From an uncultured Gammaproteobacteria bacterium (GTDB lineage: Bacteria > Patescibacteriota > Patescibacteriia > S139-126): a stretch of DNA of 64,000 bases. The DNA lies in NCBI GenBank assembly GCA_964620905.1, contig CAZUKA010000001.1, forward strand, positions 298,589 through 362,588. The letters are read 5' to 3'. The position numbers were made by a program, and so were the translations under genes. The notes under the pieces are model-generated. The model saw only the letters and a list, made by a program, of their open reading frames with translations, was not told where the DNA came from and did not search any database. Positions within the stretch are counted from its first letter, which is position 1. Each line of letters begins with the position of its first letter. Below, one piece after another: positions 19,063-33,067 of this stretch.

Positions 19063-19743
19063 TTAGAATATATATTTATGTAAAATTTTATAAATCTTAT
19101 TGTTTACTTCTAGTTTTGTCAAGAGATGACCAGCTTCATAACATTCTACCATATAAAAATCAGAAAATTCACGTGCGATCTCAAAAAAAACTTTTTCCGC
19201 CAACTGTAAATGGTTTAGATCACTTTCATGTAGATCTCTTTTCACCCCGCCGACATAATCACGATGACCCTTTTTATCAACTAAACTTTGAGCAACTGTG
19301 GCTGGTACATGTAAAACCAATGTAGCATCGGGTTTGGGAATACCTAAAATATTGTATTCAAAATCATATAACCAATTAAAAAAAATTTTGCGTTCTTCCT
19401 TGTCTTTGATTTTTGCCCCCTGATGACCCATATTAGCCGAAACATAACGATTGGCAATTATTAACGTTTCAGTAGCCAACATCTTTTCTATTTCTTTTTT
19501 GATGGCAAACCTATCTAAAGCATAAAAAACTGATGCTTGATAAGGACCGATTTCATCCAGACTACCAAATTTACCATTCAAATAGCTTTCCACAAACCAA
19601 GCCGATGGTTGAGCATATCTAGGAAAATCAATTTTAGCTACTTTTTGTCCTTCTGTTTGTAATCTATCAATCAACAAATCAACCTGGGTTGACTTGCCAG
19701 AACCATCAGTACCGTCTATCACAACTAATTTACCTTTATTCAT
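19063..19743 (-). CDS. tmk: Thymidylate kinase
   Basis: IDGTDGSGKSTQ P-loop, DFPRY, NRYVSAN and PKPD motifs. Confidence 0.93.
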   Translation of the reverse strand: MNKGKLVVIDGTDGSGKSTQVDLLIDRLQTEGQKVAKIDFPRYAQPSAWFVESYLNGKFGSLDEIGPYQASVFYALDRFAIKKEIEKMLATETLIIANRYVSANMGHQGAKIKDKEERKIFFNWLYDFEYNILGIPKPDATLVLHVPATVAQSLVDKKGHRDYVGGVKRDLHESDLNHLQLAEKVFFEIAREFSDFYMVECYEAGHLLTKLEVNNKIYKILHKYIF

Positions 19744-19802
19744 AAAATTATTTTAACAATTTATTGAAAAATTTAAAAGCCCGATCAATGATCGGGCTAT
19801 TT

Positions 19803-20447
19803 TTATACAGAAAAATTATAATGTTCACGTTTACAATTAATACAAACGCCTATATGTCTTATACTTTCAATCTGTTCTCCTTGTAAAATAACAAATTTCC
19901 CTCCTTCATAAACTACTTTATCATCTTTTAACCTCACTGTTCGATATCCTTTGCCTCCACAAATACTACAATTGTTATACCTGTTTACAATTGTACATTC
20001 CGGGATACTCAACAACGCCAAAGTGGCGGGAAATGGTCGATCAACAAAATCGAGATTCAAACCGGAAACATAAATTTTTTTTCCTTTTTTAGCCAATTCC
20101 AACACGGCAAAGGCAATTGTCTCTTTAAAAAAATGACAGTCATCTATAATATAGACATCAAAACCATTTTCCAAAATAAACAAGCGATTTTCATGACCAG
20201 GCTGTATTAACTGCAAAGAAATATTTTCATGTTCACGCACGTCAAGAAAAAGATTTCCTACGTGCGACTCAAAAATACACGAATCGCGATATAAACCATC
20301 AATATCAGGCCTCACCATAAGAATTTTTACTAATTCTTTGGTCATACTTTTGACCCGACTATTTTCATAAGCTTTGCTTATGATATAGAAAGATTTACCG
20401 GAATACACCGGTCCTACCACTACTTCGATCTTACCAAAGTTTGACAT
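19803..20447 (-). CDS. tdk: Divergent thymidine kinase (TK1 family)
   Basis: GPVYSGKS, IDDCHF, GLNLDF..RPF, and Zn ligands CSIC...CINC. Confidence 0.75.
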   Translation of the reverse strand: MSNFGKIEVVVGPVYSGKSFYIISKAYENSRVKSMTKELVKILMVRPDIDGLYRDSCIFESHVGNLFLDVREHENISLQLIQPGHENRLFILENGFDVYIIDDCHFFKETIAFAVLELAKKGKKIYVSGLNLDFVDRPFPATLALLSIPECTIVNRYNNCSICGGKGYRTVRLKDDKVVYEGGKFVILQGEQIESIRHIGVCINCKREHYNFSV

Positions 20448-20599
20448 TTTAACTCCTTTTTTATTTTGTGAATGTGCTTTAAGTTTATTTTATCTTACAC
20501 TCTAAATTTAGTTAGTCAATAAAAAATCCCAGCTACTCTGGGGATAAATATTATTATTATTGATCCTGATTTAAATGTTAAACCAACAAGCGCACAAAT

Positions 20600-21076
20600 T
20601 TATTTTTTTCTTTGATAAACAACAAAAGAAAAACCAGGATGAACTTCTTCATTTTCTTTATACCATATCTTTTCATCTACCTCTGGAAAATATGTATCCC
20701 CAACTGGTTCTAATTCAACCTGAGTAATATAAAGTTGATCTGCATAAGGTATTGTTTGTTTGTAAATACTCGCTCCACCAATCACCCAAACTTCTTCAGC
20801 TTGCAAGGACGATAGTGCTTCAGCAAGTGAATAAAATACTTCTACACCCTCTGGAACTTGATAATCTTTATTCAAAGTAACGACAACATTGCGACGACTA
20901 GGCAGGGGTTTTCCCAACCTTTTAACAATTGATTCAAATGTATTACTGCCCATTAGCACGGTTTTACCATTGGTCAAATTTTGAAAATGTTTTAAATCTT
21001 CCGGTATGTGCCAAGGCAGTTCATTACCTTGACCAATCACGTTGTTTTTAGCCACTGCCGCAATAATTTTTATCAT
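20600..21076 (-). CDS. folA: Dihydrofolate reductase
   Basis: LPWHIPEDLKHF, KPLPSRRNVV, IGGASIY and GDTYFP motifs. Confidence 0.96.
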   Translation of the reverse strand: MIKIIAAVAKNNVIGQGNELPWHIPEDLKHFQNLTNGKTVLMGSNTFESIVKRLGKPLPSRRNVVVTLNKDYQVPEGVEVFYSLAEALSSLQAEEVWVIGGASIYKQTIPYADQLYITQVELEPVGDTYFPEVDEKIWYKENEEVHPGFSFVVYQRKK

Positions 21077-21945
21077 ACTGCAATATCAAATTTAATAGTC
21101 GGGTAACTTTCATAACCCACAATTTCACTATCAGTATATTGCCAATCAAAAATTGATTTGAAGTTTTCCGTTTTTATCCTTGGTAATTTGAATTTATTTG
21201 GATCTCTGATCAATTGTTCTTTTAGACCATCAATATGATTTAAATATATGTGAGTATCAGCCAAAAAACCGGTTAAAACCCCCTCTTTAAAACCAGTCTC
21301 CAAAGCCAATAAATGCAACAAAGTGGCATAACTAGCAATATTAAAAGGCAAACCCAAAGCAACATCCACACTCCGCTGATTCCAAAATAGATTGAGCTTA
21401 TTGTTTATCACTGTTACCTGCCAAGCGTAATGACAATAGGGCGGAATAGCTTTATCAATATCTATTGGATTCCAAGCGACCACTACCATCTGCCGGCTAT
21501 CTGGTTTAGTTTTAAGTGTTTCCACTACTCGTCTCAATTGATCAACACCTTGACCTGTATAATCTGTTTGATAATCAAGATAATTTGCCCCGAAGTGGCG
21601 CCACTCCCAGCCATAAATTGTACCTAAATCTCTTTCTGCCAACATTTTTAGTTTGGTTTGTCCATCGTGACTATAAGGTACTTTGAGCGGAGTACACCAC
21701 TCATCCCAAATATGATTATTCCTATCCTGCAACCACTTTTTATCAGTAATACCTTTGATAAAAAATTCTAATTCTGATGCCACTAAACGAAAAGGAATTT
21801 TTTTGGTAGTTAGCAATGGAAAACCCTGACTCATATCATGTTTAAACATAGCTCCGGCAATAGCCAAAGTTCCAGTCCCAGTTCGATCAGTTTTTTGTTC
21901 TCCTTTTTCTAAAATTTCTTTTACTATATCAAGATAGGCTTGCAT
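21073..21945 (-). CDS. thyA: Thymidylate synthase
   Basis: DRTGTGT, FPLLTTK, PYCH and QRSVDVALGLPFNIASY motifs. Confidence 0.97.
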   Translation of the reverse strand: MQAYLDIVKEILEKGEQKTDRTGTGTLAIAGAMFKHDMSQGFPLLTTKKIPFRLVASELEFFIKGITDKKWLQDRNNHIWDEWCTPLKVPYSHDGQTKLKMLAERDLGTIYGWEWRHFGANYLDYQTDYTGQGVDQLRRVVETLKTKPDSRQMVVVAWNPIDIDKAIPPYCHYAWQVTVINNKLNLFWNQRSVDVALGLPFNIASYATLLHLLALETGFKEGVLTGFLADTHIYLNHIDGLKEQLIRDPNKFKLPRIKTENFKSIFDWQYTDSEIVGYESYPTIKFDIAV

Positions 21946-21951
21946 TGGTGA

Positions 21952-21986
21952 TAGAATTAAGAAGTTAAAATTAAGAATTAAGAATA
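21952..21986. repeat. 7-bp tandem repeat (AAGAATT family) between dut and thyA
   Basis: TAGAATT AAGAAGT TAAAATT AAGAATT AAGAATA. Confidence 0.7.
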
Positions 21987-21998
21987 AAAATAATTATA

Positions 21999-22424
21999 TT
22001 AATCAGTGCTACCAAAATTACCTCGACTATTTTCTTTCAAATCAACCATTGATTCTTCCCAATCAGCTTTTTCAATCCTGACAAAAACTGCTTGCCCAAC
22101 TCTTTCACCTTCTTCTACAATTACCTCATTATCAGTAAAATTATAAACTTGAAATAATATCTCGTCAGTCGGCCCATAATGATCCTGATCAATAATACCG
22201 GAAATTGACATAATCCCCTTTTTCAAAGCAAGGCTAGATCGATCTTGAATATAAAGCATAAACCCTTCTGGGATAGCAATTATAAGATTGGTAGGAATAC
22301 GATGAATTGCATGTGGTTTAATTATCTGTTTTTGTCTTGCATATAAATCAAAAGCTACCGCGCCTGAAGTTTGGTATTGCGGTAGAGGTAACGACTTGTC
22401 AACTAATTTTATTTTTACTTTCAT
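21999..22424 (-). CDS. dut: dUTP diphosphatase
   Basis: AFDL, RSSLALK, GIIDQD and RGNFGST motifs. Confidence 0.92.
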   Translation of the reverse strand: MKVKIKLVDKSLPLPQYQTSGAVAFDLYARQKQIIKPHAIHRIPTNLIIAIPEGFMLYIQDRSSLALKKGIMSISGIIDQDHYGPTDEILFQVYNFTDNEVIVEEGERVGQAVFVRIEKADWEESMVDLKENSRGNFGSTD

Positions 22425-22427
22425 CGG

Positions 22428-22835
22428 TTATTTAATCAATTTTTTTTCTACTCCTTCCAGCATCAAAATCAATAGAGTTAAAACTGCTCCCATAATCGCC
22501 AATTCGTACATTCCATATCCTACTGACATACCAACCGCAGCAATCGTCCAAATGGAAGCGGCCGTAGACAAACCACGTACACTGTCAGACTGATGAATGA
22601 TAGTACCTGCACCCAAAAAACCTATACCCGTAACAATACCAGCAGTGATTCTAGTGGGATCAACGGTGTTTATTACTCCTAACTCACTAGAAATAATGGT
22701 GAAAACCGTTGCCCCAAGAGCTACCAACATATGAGTTCGCAGTCCTGCTGGGGTTTTAGTTTTTTCCCGCTGCCAACCAACAATGCCAGCCAAAAAAACT
22801 GACAATAACAATTTAACTAAAACAATATAATCCAT
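22428..22835 (-). CDS. MgtC/SapB family membrane protein (TM domain only)
   Basis: AGLRTHMLV, DPTRI...IVTGIGFLGAG and GLSTAASIW motifs. Confidence 0.92.
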   Translation of the reverse strand: MDYIVLVKLLLSVFLAGIVGWQREKTKTPAGLRTHMLVALGATVFTIISSELGVINTVDPTRITAGIVTGIGFLGAGTIIHQSDSVRGLSTAASIWTIAAVGMSVGYGMYELAIMGAVLTLLILMLEGVEKKLIK

Positions 22836-22839
22836 AATT

Positions 22840-23421
22840 TTAAATTTTGCTTAAAAATTTATCAATTTGCATATAAAGTCTTGGTAAATCACTGTCATTG
22901 ATAACCGTAAAATCAGCCATCGCAATCGGTCCGGCTTTTTCAATATTTTCTATTTCCGCATAATCCCTAGCTTTAGCCTGCTCGGGCGACAAAGCTCTAA
23001 ATCTAACGGCAGTATCTTTACTGACGTCATGGTGACGTCCGAACAAACGTTCATATCTTAATAACGGTGGAGCAAAAACCGCCAAAATTTTTAAATCATC
23101 ACAATATTTTTCTTTCAGAACCTTGTATTCTGACCAAGAATAAAGACCATCCACTACTACCCCATGATCATTTTTTAGCAACTGATCAATTTTAGGAATA
23201 TTCAAAATTGCAAAAGCTGCCATACCATGTTCAGCTCGCAAATTTTCTCTAATTTTTTTTTCTTGGTCTTCACCACTAACTCCTCGCTCTTTACAAATAT
23301 CCAAAGTAATTTGGCCAAACCGTAAATAAGAAAAATTTTTTGTTACCAAATAATCAGCAACCAAACTTTTACCTGCACCACACATACCCACAATAGCCAC
23401 GATTTTATTTTTAGAAGTCAT
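22840..23421 (-). CDS. P-loop nucleotide kinase (UPF0200/dephospho-CoA-kinase-like)
   Basis: GMCGAGKS, VVDGLYSWSEY, RD.AEI and ADFTVIND motifs. Confidence 0.75.
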   Translation of the reverse strand: MTSKNKIVAIVGMCGAGKSLVADYLVTKNFSYLRFGQITLDICKERGVSGEDQEKKIRENLRAEHGMAAFAILNIPKIDQLLKNDHGVVVDGLYSWSEYKVLKEKYCDDLKILAVFAPPLLRYERLFGRHHDVSKDTAVRFRALSPEQAKARDYAEIENIEKAGPIAMADFTVINDSDLPRLYMQIDKFLSKI

Positions 23422-23776
23422 AATTATCTTTTTTTTCTTGATTTAAATTGTCCGGTATTTTTTTTGGTAGCCACGTCCAAGATAAATACAACCCAACCAA
23501 AAAACCAAAAATTAAGACTGTTACAAAATAAGCAAAAAAAGTTCTCTCCGCATAATTCATCCCAGCAGTCAAACAAATTTGTGAGTAACTACAGATTGTC
23601 TCTACCACCAGATTGCCCAAACCAAACAAGGTGCCAATTGTCTCGGAAGCATAAGGCAAATACAAACCGCGACGATGTAAATAATTTTCCAACAAAAATA
23701 GGGGTAATAACGCCAAGGCCGTCCAAATAACCCCTTTGGCATAAAACTGCCAAAATTTTGGTGAAAAAATCATCAT
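23411..23776 (-). CDS. Hypothetical membrane protein
   Basis: Hydrophobic ORF tightly coupled to both neighbours. Confidence 0.55.
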   Translation of the reverse strand: MMIFSPKFWQFYAKGVIWTALALLPLFLLENYLHRRGLYLPYASETIGTLFGLGNLVVETICSYSQICLTAGMNYAERTFFAYFVTVLIFGFLVGLYLSWTWLPKKIPDNLNQEKKDNYDF

Positions 23777-23777
23777 A

Positions 23778-24284
23778 TCAACGAATATTATCGGGATAAA
23801 AGTCTTTGAAGTTGTTTAAAATATCATGCAAATTTTCCATCACCAACTGCTCATAATCAATTCCTTTGATATCAAATATCTTCCGAGCGGCTTGGAAAGT
23901 ATCAACTTCAGGATATTTGTCCAATAAATAATAAACTTTTCTTATTCCTTTTTGGGCCATCAATTTAGCACATTCATTGCAACAACTTAAAGTAGTATAC
24001 ACCCGACAATCAGACAAATCTGATTTTGTCGCATTTAAAATAGCGTTGGCCTCTGCGTGAACTACATAAGGATATTTTGTCTGCATAAATTCACCTTCTC
24101 TGCTCCATGAAAATTTTGTTTCATCAATCCCAGCCACAAAACCATTGTAGCCAGTACCAACGATATGATTGTTTTTATCGACAATTACTGCTCCGACTTT
24201 GGAGGATGGATCTTTACTACGAAATGAAGTGAAAATCGCCATTCCCATAAAATATTCATCCCAAGTAAGATTTTGCTTTGACAT
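23778..24284 (-). CDS. dCMP deaminase (ComEB/DCTD family)
   Basis: WDEYFM, RSKDP..KVGA, GYNG, HAEANA and CNEC motifs. Confidence 0.93.
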   Translation of the reverse strand: MSKQNLTWDEYFMGMAIFTSFRSKDPSSKVGAVIVDKNNHIVGTGYNGFVAGIDETKFSWSREGEFMQTKYPYVVHAEANAILNATKSDLSDCRVYTTLSCCNECAKLMAQKGIRKVYYLLDKYPEVDTFQAARKIFDIKGIDYEQLVMENLHDILNNFKDFYPDNIR

Positions 24285-24351
24285 ATTTTTATACACAATA
24301 TTTTCTTTATTTTACCTATTTTTTCATTTTCGAGCAAATAAAAAGAGAGGC

Positions 24352-24741
24352 TTAACCTCTCTTGAAAATTCTTTGCAAATGTTCTATTACTTCATCTCGA
24401 TCTCTGTCAAAATCACCGGTTTTATTGGGAAAAAATATTTCCAGTTCTTCTACTTGGGGAAAGTCAAGATGTTGTGTATTGGTCAAATCAATTAAATGGA
24501 TATTTTTTTCCCTAAACTTCATAATCTTCCTTTTATTACGCTGACTGCTCAATTGTTTAGCTAAACTGGTTTCAGAAAAAACTTGCATTTCTTCATTGGT
24601 AAAATCTGCTTGAATAATTAGATTGGAATTACGAAATTTTTTGTTCAAAGGTAAGATTATGTGTAGGTGATTGAATTTTTTGTTAAAACATTTTTTCGAA
24701 AAATAAGCTACAATTATCATCTTGCGATGTGTATCTGACAT
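24352..24741 (-). CDS. Orphan hypothetical protein
   Basis: AGGAGGT SD; own terminator at 24343-24363. Confidence 0.6.
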   Translation of the reverse strand: MSDTHRKMIIVAYFSKKCFNKKFNHLHIILPLNKKFRNSNLIIQADFTNEEMQVFSETSLAKQLSSQRNKRKIMKFREKNIHLIDLTNTQHLDFPQVEELEIFFPNKTGDFDRDRDEVIEHLQRIFKRG

Positions 24742-24790
24742 TAGTAACCTCCTGGTGATAAATTAAAGAACAATTATTAATAGTAAATGT

Positions 24791-24812
24791 GATCCCGCCC
24801 TTGGACGGGATC
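24791..24812 (-). terminator. Hairpin after rplA
   Basis: GATCCCGCCC/GGACGGGATC (pairs with a G-U on the minus strand). Confidence 0.55.
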
Positions 24813-24827
24813 AATATCTACTATCAA

Positions 24828-25508
24828 TTAAGGTTTCACTCTAATCCCCGGACCCATTGTAGTAGTCAGGGTTATTGATTTAATATATGTACCCTTAATA
24901 TCTTCTGGTTTAGTTTTTTTAATTTCCGTCATGAGAGCATCATAGTTTTCCTTTATTTTTTCTGCCCCCAAGCCAACTTTACCTAAAGTAATATGAATAT
25001 TGCCATTCTTGTCATTTTTAAATGATATTTTTCCTTTCGCCAACTCATTCATTGTTTTTGTAACATCACTAGTAACGGTTTCTGACTTAGGATTGGGCAT
25101 TAAACCTTTGGGACCCAAAACTTTTGCAACTTTAGCCAGTTCTTTCATCATTTCCGGAGTAGCAATAGCTAAATCAAAATCTACTTTGCCACTTTTTCTG
25201 ATTTCTTCAACTAGGTCTGCGCCTCCCACAATTTTGGCACCTAATTTCTTGGCTTCATCGGCTGCTTTACCTTCAGCAAAAACCGCAATTCTTTTTTGTT
25301 TGCCACTGCCATGAGGAGGGACAATAGTACCTCGGATTTGTTGCTCACCTTTTTTTGGATCAATGTTTAAATTGAGATGCAACTCAACGGTTGACTCAAA
25401 TTTGGTCACCGCAGTTTTCAACAACAAATCAATTGCTTCAACCAGCGGGTATGATTTATTTTTTTCCACCAATTGACTGGCGGCTGAATATTTTTTCCCT
25501 CTTTTCAT
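24828..25508 (-). CDS. rplA: 50S ribosomal protein L1
   Basis: PHGSGK, LGPKGLMPNPK and TTTMGPG motifs; start set at ATG 25508 (MKRGKKY). Confidence 0.97.
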   Translation of the reverse strand: MKRGKKYSAASQLVEKNKSYPLVEAIDLLLKTAVTKFESTVELHLNLNIDPKKGEQQIRGTIVPPHGSGKQKRIAVFAEGKAADEAKKLGAKIVGGADLVEEIRKSGKVDFDLAIATPEMMKELAKVAKVLGPKGLMPNPKSETVTSDVTKTMNELAKGKISFKNDKNGNIHITLGKVGLGAEKIKENYDALMTEIKKTKPEDIKGTYIKSITLTTTMGPGIRVKP

Positions 25509-25518
25509 AAATTTCAAG

Positions 25519-25547
25519 GTGGTATTAGCGGCTAAATTGCCTCCCAC
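25519..25547 (-). promoter_or_regulatory. L1 autogenous repression (L1-binding) RNA element between rplK and rplA
   Basis: GUGGGAGGC-AAUUUA-GCCGCUAAUACCAC resembles the 23S-mimicking L1-binding leaders (GUGGGAG...CCGCUAnnACCAC). Confidence 0.75.
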
Positions 25548-25557
25548 AAATTAATTA

Positions 25558-25983
25558 TTAATCTTTAATCACAATTCCCATTTGCCTGGCGGTACCAGCA
25601 ATAATTTGCTTAGCACCCTCCAAATCTTTGGCATTTAAATCTGGCATCTTGGTTTTGGCAATCTCTTCTAGCTGAGCTTGACTAATCGTGCCAACTTTAT
25701 CTTTCAATGGACTACCAGAACCTTTCTGAATCCCAGCGGCTTTTTTCAACAACTCTGCTGCTGGTGGAGTTTTAACTACAAAATCAAAACTCCTGTCCTC
25801 ATAAACTGTTATCACCACCGGTAAGACGCTACCCATTTTGTCTTTAGTGGCCTCATTGTAACGAGTACAAAACTCTTGAATCGCTACACCGTGCTGACCC
25901 AATGCTGGACCAACGGGAGGCGCGGGATTGGCTTGCCCGGCTTGGATTTGCAATTTAATAATAGCTTTGACTGCTTTTGGCAT
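25558..25983 (-). CDS. rplK: 50S ribosomal protein L11
   Basis: [15 protein letters not shown] and KMPDLNA motifs. Confidence 0.98.
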   Translation of the reverse strand: MPKAVKAIIKLQIQAGQANPAPPVGPALGQHGVAIQEFCTRYNEATKDKMGSVLPVVITVYEDRSFDFVVKTPPAAELLKKAAGIQKGSGSPLKDKVGTISQAQLEEIAKTKMPDLNAKDLEGAKQIIAGTARQMGIVIKD

Positions 25984-26053
25984 ATATTTATTTCTTTGTT
26001 CCTTTCAGCGAGAAGCTTACTCAAAAATTGAGACGCTGTTGGGATTAATAATA

Positions 26054-26599
26054 TTAAATCTTTTTGATCTGCAAAAAATCAAGTTCCACTGGTGTTTCCC
26101 GACCAAAAATTGAAACTAGTACTTTGACTTTACCTCGTGCTTCATCAATCTCAGAAATCTTACCTTCATAATCTTTAAATGGTCCATCAACTATACGCAC
26201 TGGCGTATCCACACTAACATCAATTTTATATTTTGGTTCTTCCACACCCATCCGCTTTTGCAATTCCTGAATTTCTTTATCAGAAATCGGCGTCGGTACA
26301 TTGCCGGCACCAATAAAACCAGTGACATTGGGGGTATTTCTAACCACATACCAAGAATCATCAGTGACAATCATATTGACCATCACATAACCAGGAAATA
26401 TTTTTTCTCGTACAGTCTTTCGCTTACCATTTTTAATCTTGATTTTAGTTTCAGTTGGGATCATAATATCAAAAATCTTATCTTCCATATCCATGGATTC
26501 TATACGCTGACGTAAATTCCTGGCTACATTTTCTTCATAACCAGAATAAGTATGTAGAACATACCAACGTTTGCCTTGATTGAGCTGTTGTTTGGCCAT
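26054..26599 (-). CDS. nusG: Transcription elongation factor NusG
   Basis: WYVLHTYSGYE, FPGYV, VRNTPNVTGF and KOW motif FGRETPVEL. Confidence 0.98.
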   Translation of the reverse strand: MAKQQLNQGKRWYVLHTYSGYEENVARNLRQRIESMDMEDKIFDIMIPTETKIKIKNGKRKTVREKIFPGYVMVNMIVTDDSWYVVRNTPNVTGFIGAGNVPTPISDKEIQELQKRMGVEEPKYKIDVSVDTPVRIVDGPFKDYEGKISEIDEARGKVKVLVSIFGRETPVELDFLQIKKI

Positions 26600-26614
26600 A
26601 GCTTTAAATTATCA

Positions 26615-26809
26615 TTAAATATTCAAATCTAACAATTTTTCCAAGCCATAACTCAAAGCCAAATCAACTGCACCCAAAAAGGCTGCGGTCAATAAGGAAA
26701 TAACAATCACCAAAGCAGAACTGCGTACAGTTTCCTGCTTCGTGGGCCAGGTGACTTTTTTAAGCTCGGACCTGGAATCAATAAAATATTGAATTAATTT
26801 ATTGGCCAT
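26615..26809 (-). CDS. secE: Preprotein translocase SecE
   Basis: ELKKVTWPT plus a TM helix, upstream of nusG. Confidence 0.95.
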   Translation of the reverse strand: MANKLIQYFIDSRSELKKVTWPTKQETVRSSALVIVISLLTAAFLGAVDLALSYGLEKLLDLNI

Positions 26810-27035
26810 ATATTGGCTAATATTAAATAAATTTAAGCTTTTTTAAAAGCCCTTAGTCGTGGGCTTTTATAAAACTAAGTATATTATACCAAATTCCCCA
26901 AATTTGGCAAGAGTGAGATTTGAATAATATTTTTGTTTGGGGGATAATTAAAATAGAATTAATATTTTCAATATTTAGAGTAAATTCACTATTATTAATC
27001 AAAAAGTCTATATATTAACAAGTTATATGTAATAT

Positions 27036-27061
27036 AAAACCCCTGATTACAGGGGTTTTTT
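27036..27061 (-). terminator. Terminator after gyrB
   Basis: AAAACCCCTG/CAGGGGTTTT. Confidence 0.7.
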
Positions 27062-27083
27062 GGATATAGGAATTTATTTGAAA

Positions 27084-31551
<4,468 letters not shown>

Positions 31552-31554
31552 AAA

Positions 31555-32562
31555 TTAAAACTGCTTAAGAAATCTAATATCATTCCCCAGTAGCAATCTG
31601 ATATCTTCAATACCATAGCGCATCATCACCAACCTAGTAAGTCCCAAACCAAAAGCAAAACCGTTCCATTCAGTTGGATCAAGTCCGCCACTTCGCAAAA
31701 CATGTGGATGAACTAATCCACAGGGCAACAGTTCCAACCAACCACTATTTTTACAAACGCTACAACCTCTACCGTTACAAATTAAACATTTAATATCCAG
31801 CTCAAACCCCGGTTCCACAAAAGGAAAAAATCCCGGCCGCAACCTGACTATCACTTCTTTTTTAAAAATCCCTTGTAATAACTCTTTCATAACTGCGATC
31901 AAGTTGGTGATACTAATATTTTTATCTATCATCAATCCTTCCAACTGATAAAAAGTGTGATCATGAGAAGCGTCAGTGGCTTCATTGCGAAAAACTTTTC
32001 CCGGTGCCACCACTCGCAACGGAGCGCCGTATTTTTCTATTGCCCGAATTTGTACTGGTGAAGTATGAGTACGAAGTAAATTGCCTTCTTTAGTAAAAAA
32101 AGTATCTTGCGTGTCCCGAGCTGGATGATAACTGGGAATATTTAAAGCATCAAAATTATAATACTCTGACTCTAGTTCCGGTCCATCCTCGATAATAAAT
32201 CCCAAAGATATAAATAATTCTTCCAGTTCAGACTGAATTAGTGTAATGGGATGAAGATGTCCAAGCTCAGGAAAACTACCCGGCAGAGTCAAATCAAGCG
32301 ACGATTTACTACTTTCACCAATAAAAATATTTTTTTGTTTATTGAAAAAATCAACCAATTCATCTTTGACAGAATTGGCCAAAATACCCAATTCTTTTTT
32401 TTCTGAAACTGCCAATTCTTTTAAACTTTCCATCAACTTATTTAACTCCCCCTTACGTCCTAAATATTTCTTTTCCAAAACCAACCAATCATCTTTGGTC
32501 ATATTTGACTTGATATCAGCTTTAACCTGTTTAAATAAATTTTTTAGTTCCTCGGCCAACAT
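31555..32562 (-). CDS. pheS: Phenylalanine--tRNA ligase alpha subunit
   Basis: HPARDTQDTF, LRTHTS, FPFVEP and GFAFGLG motifs. Confidence 0.97.
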   Translation of the reverse strand: MLAEELKNLFKQVKADIKSNMTKDDWLVLEKKYLGRKGELNKLMESLKELAVSEKKELGILANSVKDELVDFFNKQKNIFIGESSKSSLDLTLPGSFPELGHLHPITLIQSELEELFISLGFIIEDGPELESEYYNFDALNIPSYHPARDTQDTFFTKEGNLLRTHTSPVQIRAIEKYGAPLRVVAPGKVFRNEATDASHDHTFYQLEGLMIDKNISITNLIAVMKELLQGIFKKEVIVRLRPGFFPFVEPGFELDIKCLICNGRGCSVCKNSGWLELLPCGLVHPHVLRSGGLDPTEWNGFAFGLGLTRLVMMRYGIEDIRLLLGNDIRFLKQF

Positions 32563-32567
32563 ATAAT

Positions 32568-32954
32568 TTAATCAATTCTTTTTCTCTTAGTTGATAAAAA
32601 GAAAAATTCCAGTACCGCCACGGCCAAAATCAGTAGCACGGAATTATACCAAGTTAACATTTTGAATTTTTGCATCCATAAACTAGCCACTACCAATAAA
32701 CCAAACAAAAACGCTTGACGAAAAGTCACGGCCACTTGTCTAAATATTAATTCGCCCTGCAAAAACTTACGACGTAAAGCAAAACCAATAATGGCAAAAC
32801 TTCCAACCAATGATAAAAATAAACTGGCATAAAAGAATACGACTGCCAACGGACCAGTCGTGATGGGATTCATATAAAAAATTACCAGTAAAAAAGCCAG
32901 CCAACATACTAGACTGGCCATACCCATCAAAATAAGATATTTACGTAATGTCAT
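32568..32954 (-). CDS. Conserved 4-TM hypothetical membrane protein
   Basis: Four hydrophobic helices; heads the pheST-gyrB run. Confidence 0.65.
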   Translation of the reverse strand: MTLRKYLILMGMASLVCWLAFLLVIFYMNPITTGPLAVVFFYASLFLSLVGSFAIIGFALRRKFLQGELIFRQVAVTFRQAFLFGLLVVASLWMQKFKMLTWYNSVLLILAVAVLEFFFLSTKRKRID

Positions 32955-33067
32955 AATAATAAAAAACAGGTTTAGCCTGCTAAAATTTTACCATTTTTTA
33001 GGTATTTTTTCAAACTAATTTTTGGGGATAAAAAATTATTTTTTTAAGCTATTTTTAGCCAAATAAA

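Noticed and set aside
22840-24284. Anti-phage dCTP deaminase (AvcD/Dcd) system
   Set aside because: Kinase and deaminase are separate genes, and the deaminase is a typical dCMP deaminase in a thymidylate operon; kept only as an analogy.
25509-25547. N-terminal extension of L1 from GTG 25547
   Set aside because: This stretch is better explained as the L1-binding RNA leader; ATG 25508 gives a normal L1.
26810-27083. Expected tRNA-Trp or rpmG upstream of secE
   Set aside because: No cloverleaf, TTC-loop motif or suitable ORF found.
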